From positions 1 to 60,357 of the forward strand of contig LT649251.1 in NCBI GenBank assembly GCA_900128395.1: a stretch of DNA of 60,357 nucleotides, written 5' to 3'. Made by a program: the position numbers and the translations under genes. Shown here piece after piece: positions 47,581-55,920 of the stretch; position 1 is the stretch's first letter, and each line of letters begins with the position of its first letter. The notes under the pieces are model-generated. The model was not told the DNA's origin and searched no databases. It worked only from the letters and a program-made list of their open reading frames with translations. Source of the stretch: Stramenopiles sp. TOSAG23-2. Its lineage: Eukaryota.

Positions 47581-48096
47581 AGTAGGGCACTAGGTGCAAA
47601 AAAGAGTACAAAGTTGAAGTACAAAATGCATAATACACAATACTGTAAAGGACAAACAGCAAATGGTCCAAAAAAGTCCGGATTTTCTAGCTGTAGTTTT
47701 ATATGTTTTTGTTGTTTGTTGAAGAAGCACTGAACGTCGTTTTTTTTTTTTTTAAAGAACAACAGGCGTTATGATGTTACAGTACTGTAATGTCATGACG
47801 GACCGTGTGTGGACAAAGAGACAGCTGGACAGCAGCAGCATGCCAGGCATGCCAGGCATGCTGGCATAGTGCCATATGCTATGCAACAACCACAACCTAC
47901 AACAACGAAAAAATCATCTATTATACTACTTATTTACACTTTATTTATACTATACTACTACTTATCACACTGTTATACTACGACAAAAGATTGAATATAT
48001 ATATAGCTATAGTCGAATATACAGACCTTCGTGTATTAAATTGTACACAATACCATTTAATTAATACATTTATAGACAAGTAATATCGCCATCGTC

Positions 48097-50988
48097 ATGG
48101 GTATACGTTATATTAGTTTATTGATTGTATCATTATTGTTAAATATATCAACACATGTGGTTTCTGGAATATACAATGAGATGAATTTAGTTCTATTGTT
48201 TCCAGTGATTAAAGCAAGAAATAAAACTCATAATGTTAAAGATATAAGCGGCATTAAAAGACTGGCTGCTGCAATAATGGCTATCGAACATGTCAATAAT
48301 AAAACAGATGGTTTTTACGATCATTTAGTCTTGCCAATATTTAAATATTTCTTCTATGATTCGAAGCGGTCAACGGAGCGAAGTTGGTGGAACGTTGCGC
48401 AGTTTAGTTCGCTTTATCATGAGAATAAAAATAAAGAGGCATATGTTATAGTAGGACCAGCATCAAGTTCTCCTTCGCTTGCTGTGAACGAGGCTTTAAC
48501 ACAAGGAAATATAATGGTCCCACAAGTAGGATATTCCGCAAGCTCCCCCAAATTATCAAACCAACAACTTTTTATCCGTACTGTTCCAAACGATATATTA
48601 AAAGCAAAGCTTACTCTTCAAGTTGCTTATCAGGATAATGTTTTTTTCCCTTGTATCATACATGGTAATGATGAATATAGCCGTACTCTTACGACTGAAT
48701 TTATTAAAGAATATAGTATGGAACTTGATAGTGATCTCCTAAAGGTTTCATCATTCATAACCGGGGAAACTGCGTCGTCCACACAATTGAATCAAATATT
48801 TTGCAAATTATTTCCATCTGCACTCGATTGTGAAGCTTATGATATCAATAAAGAATATCAGGAAATCTTTAAAGTTTGTAACGCGATAGTATTGTTCGTT
48901 CAAAGTCAAGATGGCGAACATATTTTAGAGCATATAATAGAAAAGAAAAAGAGACAAGATGTTAGAATCTATGGCACTGAGACTCTTACCGGTATTTTTT
49001 TTAATTACATTAAAAACTACAAGGAAAATGCAAAAAGTATTTTAGAGCAAACAAGAATTATTGATATTGCCATACCATTTAATACATCATCGCAATATAA
49101 GAAATTGAAAGATGCATGGCATGATAAGCATGCCAACTGTTCCATTGTTGATGATAGAGATAAAAGTTGCTTGTTAGGTAGCAAAAAATTTGTATTTCGA
49201 CCTGCAAGTGATGATACATATAAGGATTCATGCGTTGCATTTAATTATTCTGATTACAAATTAAATAAAGATGGGTTTGAAGTCTCCGGTAGTGGGTATA
49301 TTGATTCACACGTACCATACAGTTATGATGCCATTATTGCAATAGCAGAAGCTTTAAATACAAGAGAAAGTAACAAGAGTAAAATATATGACGTCGCTTC
49401 ATTACATGCAAAAATGATTAATGTAACATTTGAAGGATTTTCCGGTACTGTTCAATTTAATGCAGGTGGTGATCGTTTACCAGAAAGTGTAAATTGGAAT
49501 ATATTTACATTTGAAAATAACGAGATCAATATTAACAACTGCAATATCGATAAAGAAACTGGTAAATACAAAGTATCGTACAAATCAAAATCAAATATAT
49601 TTATAGCTTACCAGCCTGATTGTAAACCTGAAAAATTGCAATTCAAAGCATTTTGCAATGAAAGCGACGAACGAATACAAAATTTAGTAATTGAACGCAA
49701 AAATTGTGTTTGCTATAACGAAGAATGTTACAATTGTTGTTATTTAAACAAAGCAACTTTCATAGATGAACTATCTTTTATTAATAGTAATACAAACAAA
49801 ATGGTATATAAATATCACTGTCCATATGTACCAGTGCAAAGCCCTTTGGGGATCGGAATGTATTTGTTAGGATCTTTTACGATCATTATAAACGCGTTAA
49901 TTATTGTCCTTTCTTTTGCTTTTCGCAACTCGAGTACGTTGAAGAACAGTCAAGTTTATCTGTTGATATTTATGCTTTTTGGTGCTATACTTGTTAGCAT
50001 GTTTACATTTTTAGGTATAGGCAAAATTGAAAAGTGGAGTTGTACTTTTGGAATGTGGCTCCTACATATTGGACTAATGATGATCATTGTTTCCATGTAT
50101 ACCCGTACATGGCGTATCCATACTATTTTTAATAATCAAAAGTTGAGAAGAAAAGTTGGAACATCTGTAAACATGAAAATTTTATGGCCGAAAATTGGTG
50201 TGTTTTTCTTTGTTCTTGTATCATTCCTTATTTTCCGTACTTTTTCATCATTTAAATTTGTAGCCGCTTGGAAGCACACAGAGGCAAATGAAACGATACT
50301 CCCGGGCTTAGCTGATGCCATCATTACCTCCCATAGATGTACACTTGACGGCCAGATAGATCTTATGATGTATACCATATATACCATTTTGATTGTTCAA
50401 TCTTTATTTTATACATATAAGGTGAAAGATGTTTCTTTACGGTATCAAGATTCTGCTTACGTTGGGGCATTTTGGTTATCTGCGATAATTCTTTTTATTT
50501 TTTTTGCAATAGTAGGTTTAATAACTGCTAAAAAGGTACAAAAAGATGCTATGATACGCGTCGGAATAAATATTGAATTGATGGTTTTGTCGGGGCTACT
50601 TCTTGTACCAAAATTGCTTCATGTATCAAAAGTATTTGGTGGGGAAGAGGGTATTGAATCAAAACACGGCAGGAAGTCAAAAATAGAAAAATTGCAAGTA
50701 GACAACTTGGATCTCCAATCTGATAATGCAATGAATATGCAAACGATTTTGGAATTAACCAATGAAATAGAAAATTTAAAATCACAAGCATCTGGTAGAG
50801 GAAATGGAATGTCAGCGGAGGGCGTTGTTAAGAAAATGGGTGCGATTAGTAGAACTTTACGGCGGGGTCTAAGCCTTTCGGAAGATAAAGGTAAAAATAT
50901 GCAGAAAAAAAGCGTTAACTTTAACTTAGAGCTGCAAGTATCCGAAGAAGGACATGAAACTATAAATCCATTATATAAAGATGGTTAA
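48097..50988 (+). CDS. Class C (GABA-B/metabotropic-like) GPCR
   Basis: Signal peptide, Venus flytrap/ANF-receptor motifs (AIEHVNN, IVGPASS, PQVGYSASSPKLS, FIRTVPND, YSYDAIIAIAEAL, FEGFSGTVQFN), seven TM segments with RTWRIHTIFNN and LLLVPKL, C-terminal coiled coil. Confidence 0.9.
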   Translation: MGIRYISLLIVSLLLNISTHVVSGIYNEMNLVLLFPVIKARNKTHNVKDISGIKRLAAAIMAIEHVNNKTDGFYDHLVLPIFKYFFYDSKRSTERSWWNVAQFSSLYHENKNKEAYVIVGPASSSPSLAVNEALTQGNIMVPQVGYSASSPKLSNQQLFIRTVPNDILKAKLTLQVAYQDNVFFPCIIHGNDEYSRTLTTEFIKEYSMELDSDLLKVSSFITGETASSTQLNQIFCKLFPSALDCEAYDINKEYQEIFKVCNAIVLFVQSQDGEHILEHIIEKKKRQDVRIYGTETLTGIFFNYIKNYKENAKSILEQTRIIDIAIPFNTSSQYKKLKDAWHDKHANCSIVDDRDKSCLLGSKKFVFRPASDDTYKDSCVAFNYSDYKLNKDGFEVSGSGYIDSHVPYSYDAIIAIAEALNTRESNKSKIYDVASLHAKMINVTFEGFSGTVQFNAGGDRLPESVNWNIFTFENNEININNCNIDKETGKYKVSYKSKSNIFIAYQPDCKPEKLQFKAFCNESDERIQNLVIERKNCVCYNEECYNCCYLNKATFIDELSFINSNTNKMVYKYHCPYVPVQSPLGIGMYLLGSFTIIINALIIVLSFAFRNSSTLKNSQVYLLIFMLFGAILVSMFTFLGIGKIEKWSCTFGMWLLHIGLMMIIVSMYTRTWRIHTIFNNQKLRRKVGTSVNMKILWPKIGVFFFVLVSFLIFRTFSSFKFVAAWKHTEANETILPGLADAIITSHRCTLDGQIDLMMYTIYTILIVQSLFYTYKVKDVSLRYQDSAYVGAFWLSAIILFIFFAIVGLITAKKVQKDAMIRVGINIELMVLSGLLLVPKLLHVSKVFGGEEGIESKHGRKSKIEKLQVDNLDLQSDNAMNMQTILELTNEIENLKSQASGRGNGMSAEGVVKKMGAISRTLRRGLSLSEDKGKNMQKKSVNFNLELQVSEEGHETINPLYKDG

Positions 50989-51198
50989 AATTTAAAGTTA
51001 TATGATATATCAATATTAATAATTTAATTAATGCATAACTTATACGTGCGCGTCGTATTTTTTTAATTTACCTCATGATAATTTTCCTTACTCTCTCCAG
51101 AAAGAATACAATAACTGAGAGACAATAATATCTATCTCACTAAACTGAAAGATGGACAATGAATCGTAATATATCCTGCCGCAACGGGGTCATATTAT

Positions 51199-51349
51199 GA
51201 TGTTTAAAATCTAAAGTTATAAATAAGTTTTATATCTCGCCTGACAAATTACTGTACATAATGCTCCATTCTAAGAAAAGGCTACAGGATACGAGTATTT
51301 ACTCCTACAAAATAATAAAGCTCCACATGCGCCGCCGCAAGCTAATAAG
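51199..51349 (-). mobile_element. Subfamily 2 copy of the GATGGTTAAAATCT family flanked by a CGGGGTCATATT direct repeat
   Basis: Starts GATGTTTAAAATCTAAAGTTATA; CGGGGTCATATT at 51185 and 51350 (and again at 51375). Confidence 0.75.
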
Positions 51350-51485
51350 CGGGGTCATATTTATATGATAAAAGCGGGGTCATATTTATAAAAAAAATTG
51401 CTGCTAATATTTTTTATATAATACAACAAATTTGAAATATGATCATTTACATTGGTTTCACGCGTAGATTGAAAATGCGTTTTGG

Positions 51486-52557
51486 TTAACTACCTTCTTT
51501 ATACACGTCGACGCCAAACATATTTTTGAAATCACATGCTTCTCCGCCATCATCTGAGCATCCTAAACAGCTCATTGCCCGTTTCGTAGCCATCGCATTA
51601 AGGCCACCAAGAGCGGCATTAAACATTATTTTAAATTGTTCAAATCTAGCACACATACTAGGCATAGCAGGAAGCTGTGTTAAATATGGTGTTCCTGCAT
51701 AATTGAATGGCTTTTTATGTCGAGGCGCGTCACCCCTGCGAATCAGTAACATGCATGTGTGTGTATGTATGTATATATACGGAAGTGTGATGTGTTAGAT
51801 ATGTTATGTATCTATTATTAATAATAATAATAATATAATAATGTTTTACTTACAATTTCGGAGCTGGTTTAAATCCATTTGTACAAGGGTATGGATTATG
51901 TTTCTTAACAAAAAAAGTCACAGTAACACTACAGCCTGCTTCTACCTCGTCTTCAAAATTTAGGTCACTTATTTGAGATGTATGTGCTTTTTTTTTAATT
52001 TCGCCTAATGCGTTTGCAGCATCTGTATAATGTACGTATACATCTTTACCTGAGCATGCTGGCAATTCATTACTGCAACCAGCACCGACCAAAACATGAC
52101 ATAATTCATCTTTCAATGACTTACCGCCAGCACCCTTTAATCTAGAAGCACCACCGCTGATTTTACATCCAATCATATCTTCTACGCAAAGTGGTTCACA
52201 AAAGCTATTGCAACAGCCACGAATGGCTTCTGCGCACTCACCACCAGCCATCTCTTTACAACCACAAAATCCTGGAGCGATACAAAGATGTTCTGGTACA
52301 TAATTGTATTTATGTTTCGTTTTATCACCACGTGCTGGTGGTAAAAAATTTTTTGCACCTTTTCGTTTTGGTTTTAATGGATTTGAAAAAGGAAGTAACC
52401 CTAACGGAAACTTTAATCTCGCTATTGTTAATTCGCAAAAAGAAAATAATAATATCAATATTACATTAAATGTTGTCGTTATTCGCCGTTTAAAATTATG
52501 ATTCTTATTATGTATATTGATATTATTATATTTTCCTTTATTATTTTTGTCTATCAT
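51486..52557 (-). CDS. Secreted Cys-rich protein, paralogue B, 2 exons (52557-51854, 51735-51486), 317 aa
   Basis: GTAAGT donor at 51853, CAG acceptor ending 51736; spliced KPAPKL/GDAPRHKKP matches paralogue A KLDDAPRHKKP; hydrophobic signal segment. Confidence 0.9.
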
Positions 52558-53178
52558 CGTTGTTATTAGTAGTGTATAATATATAATAATATAATGTTAT
52601 TTACAAGAGAATGAAAAAAAAATCAATAAGATCTGACAAATAATATAAACCGGTACTATATGTATGTGTGTAAGATTTATTGATATCCTTCATATATATA
52701 AGTACATAACTTTTTATTCTTTTTTTGTACCACCATGTTCTTTTGCATGGTTTATATACATATATAGATATCGAACTAAAAGTATGTATTAGTATTTATT
52801 GTTGTTGTTAATCAGCAGCAGACGACGACAACAAAAAGAGGGTGCCAGCAGCAGGGGTGCAAAAAAAAAAATAAATAAAACAACACTTTCTTCTTTCTTA
52901 TAGTGCCTTCTGGCCTTCTGGCCTTATTAAAAGTCTGGTGTGTCATACTTGGTAGTGTATTCCAATTTTTGCCCCCTTTTTTTTATTATTTTTTTTTTTT
53001 CAATTTTTTATTTTTTTTTGTTGTTGCGTCGTTGCCGTTGTTGTTGAAAAATAATTTTTTATTTATTATTATTGAAACTAAGCCACTAAGAAAATGATAG
53101 AAATATGAGAAAGAAAATGCAAGGATGAAGGAGATCATATTACAAGGAAAAGAATTACATAAGATCCTCAACGTCAAC

Positions 53179-53541
53179 ATGGGAAGGGTATTTCATCAAT
53201 ACATTACCGGGGAAAAAGCACGGAAAATGTACGTATGTAAACAATGTAAAGCGCATTTAACTTCATACGATGACATTATTAGTAAAGCATTTCAAGGACA
53301 ACATGGCAGGGCATATTTATTTGATTCCGCGATAAATGTGTATTGGGGTCCAAAAAATGAACGCGTATTGATGACAGGATTGCATAGTGTTTGCGATGTT
53401 TATTGCGTCCACTGTCATAGTCCAGTAGGTTGGTATTATATCGATGCATTTGAAGAGAGTCAGAAATATAAAGTTGGTCATTATGTATTAGAACATGTAT
53501 ATATGGATAAGATTAATTTTTATGAAAATGAGGATAAGTAA
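53179..53541 (+). CDS. YPEL: Yippee-like zinc-binding protein
   Basis: MGRVF start (an upstream ATG at 53125 is also possible), YVCKQCKAHL, IISKAFQGQHGRAYLF, LMTGLHSVCDVYCVHC, GWYY...EESQKYKVG. Confidence 0.95.
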   Translation: MGRVFHQYITGEKARKMYVCKQCKAHLTSYDDIISKAFQGQHGRAYLFDSAINVYWGPKNERVLMTGLHSVCDVYCVHCHSPVGWYYIDAFEESQKYKVGHYVLEHVYMDKINFYENEDK

Positions 53542-53709
53542 AAAAATATATACTGAGATATATATTTATAATGTACATATTATTTGATTTGTAAATAAAA
53601 GAAATTTTGATATCTAGAGATATTATATAAAAATATACACACAACTGCTGAGAAAAATGCTCTAAAACATCTTTTACTAAACTCCTTCTCGCCCTTTTGC
53701 GACTCGAAA

Positions 53710-54897
53710 TTACTTTAAACGTTTATATATAAAGCATCTGCTATGTCCCCATGTCATTTTTACTAATACACTATCGATTTCTTTGAACAATAAATCCTTC
53801 TTTTGTTGCTCGTCTTCTTGTTGAAACAATTGACGTGTCAATGTAATAACTTTACCACCTATAGGTAAATTTTCAATAATACGTTCTTCGATTAATTTCA
53901 TTGTATTGGTACCATATGTAGCACTACCAACAAATACAATATTAGCTTGATTAGGCCATTTTGAATATCGTACATCGCCTATGATAAATCCAATCTCCGT
54001 TGAACCAAAATCATATCGTTCATGTGGATCAGAATTACGGAGCATTTGAAACCGCTTTTCACAACCTACTGCTACATGATGCAAAGGTTCCAAAATTTCA
54101 ATACCATATGAACTTTTTAACAAATGGCCATGCAAAATAGAGGCAGCAAGTACAGCACGTCCACAACCAGAACCTAAGTCTAAGAATTCATCATTTTGCT
54201 GTATATCGCATCTCTCTAGTATCGAGTTAAACGCGAAAAAATTGCTAGCCCCATATGCCATTTCTTTGTCAAGTCCATCCATATCAATTCCGTGATAATT
54301 TTTAATACGTTCCCGTCTTGCAACTAATGAAACTTTATTACACATATTTGTTCCAAAGGGAGCAAAGATGGATATCCATAATGACGATCCAACGTCCATA
54401 CCACGTTGTACAGCTAATAAATATAATTGTGTTTTCAATGTGTCATGATCGCCCGTCTGTGAGAAAAAACGTAACGCATCGCATAATGTAAATCCTAACG
54501 AAGTTGTTGCGGATACAATGTTACTATTATTATTTTCATTCTCTAGAATGGATGTTGGTGAAATTGTACGAGGTCCAACCCCGTATTTTCTGGATTGTTG
54601 ATGATCATATTCATGTTTTTCTTCCTCTTTGAACTCATAAATACTACGGCCTTTACCTAATCGCTCATCAATAAGCATTTCTTTCAATACTTGCCTTTCA
54701 AATGTCGGAAGGGTTGTAGAAATAGATAGCAATGCCGCTGATGGTGTTAACCGTGCCGCCGGTTGTTGTCTTAATTCTTGCACTTTTGGTATGGAAATAG
54801 GTACTGGTCTATTACCAGTATTCATCAAGCGTTGTTTATGGTAATTTGGGTTTTTGGAATACTTCCGTGGTGGTCGATGTGGTATGCTTACAGGCAT
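53710..54897 (-). CDS. Class I SAM-dependent methyltransferase, DOT1-like
   Basis: MAYG, FLDLGSGCGRAVLAA, YGIEILEPL, FIIGD, LPIGGKVITL, MTWG motifs. Confidence 0.75.
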   Translation of the reverse strand: MPVSIPHRPPRKYSKNPNYHKQRLMNTGNRPVPISIPKVQELRQQPAARLTPSAALLSISTTLPTFERQVLKEMLIDERLGKGRSIYEFKEEEKHEYDHQQSRKYGVGPRTISPTSILENENNNSNIVSATTSLGFTLCDALRFFSQTGDHDTLKTQLYLLAVQRGMDVGSSLWISIFAPFGTNMCNKVSLVARRERIKNYHGIDMDGLDKEMAYGASNFFAFNSILERCDIQQNDEFLDLGSGCGRAVLAASILHGHLLKSSYGIEILEPLHHVAVGCEKRFQMLRNSDPHERYDFGSTEIGFIIGDVRYSKWPNQANIVFVGSATYGTNTMKLIEERIIENLPIGGKVITLTRQLFQQEDEQQKKDLLFKEIDSVLVKMTWGHSRCFIYKRLK

Positions 54898-55394
54898 GTT
54901 TAGTAATAATATATAGAGAGAGAAAGGAATTTTGGTATATATATATATATATATTAGTGAAGTTATTGTTATTTGAAGTATCGCTTCTCCTATGGTGCTA
55001 TGTTGTATATATAGATTTATCTTTTTTTATATTTATGTTTTTTTTAATAATTTTTATTATTATTTTTTGCTTTTTTTAAATGAGTGTAAATTGGTAGGTG
55101 TGTTTTATCGTATACTAATATTATATTGCTTGTAGTTATGTTAAATGTAAATATTAGTTGTACTTAATAAAATCATCTCCCCGTCAAACTAGTACAATAA
55201 TTCTACCAAAAAAAAAAAAAACCAACATTTTTTTCAATTGCCGTTGTTCAAAGACAAAAAGGAGAAAGGGGAAAACTACCATTAAGAATAGTAATTATTT
55301 ATACTTAAAGTGAATATTAATTCCTATCATATTTAAGAATACTATAATCGTTACCATTATCAAAATAAAAACCCTATCAAAAAATAAAAATATA

Positions 55395-55744
55395 ACGTCT
55401 TTCCAGGTTTTCATTTTTCAGCGGCCAGATTAGATAGAATGGACACAGCATTACGTCTTTCCAAGTTTTCATTTTTCAGCGGCCAGATTAGATAGAATGG
55501 ACACAGCATTACGTCTTTCCAAGTTTTCATTTTTCAGCGGCCAGATTAGATAGAATGGACACAGCATTACGTCTTTCCAGGTTTTCATTTTTCAGCGGCC
55601 AGATTAGATAGAATGGACACAGCATTACGTCTTTCCAAGTTTTCATTTTTCAGCGGCCAGATTAGATAGAATGGACACAGCATTACGTCTTTCCAGGTTT
55701 TCATTTTTCAGCGGCCAGATTATAGATAGAATGGACACAGCATT
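55395..55744. repeat. Six tandem 58 bp units
   Basis: ACGTCTTTCCARGTTTTCATTTTTCAGCGGCCAGATTAGATAGAATGGACACAGCATT at 55395, 55453, 55511, 55569, 55627 and 55685. Confidence 0.97.
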
Positions 55745-55920
55745 AAATAACACGAAGAACATAGACACAGGACAGGGAAGATTATTCGGTTTATAGCTGC
55801 ACTTCTTCGAATTTGGCTCATGTAAAAATGTATTATTATATATCACATGATACATGATATATGCACAAAGTATTACACTTCTACTATCATACATTTTCAT
55901 TGGTTATTATTACTAGCAAG

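Noticed and set aside
47836-47863. p53 response element
   Set aside because: The CATG cores are 9 bp apart rather than 10, and there is no evidence for a p53-family factor in this organism
55395-55744. CRISPR array
   Set aside because: Units are contiguous and near-identical with no unique spacers; eukaryotic context and no cas genes
55643-55900. 85 aa ORF and other ORFs inside tandem repeats (27066, 27720, 39708, 44958, 59163-59634)
   Set aside because: They are by-products of repeats or AT-rich sequence with no protein-like features
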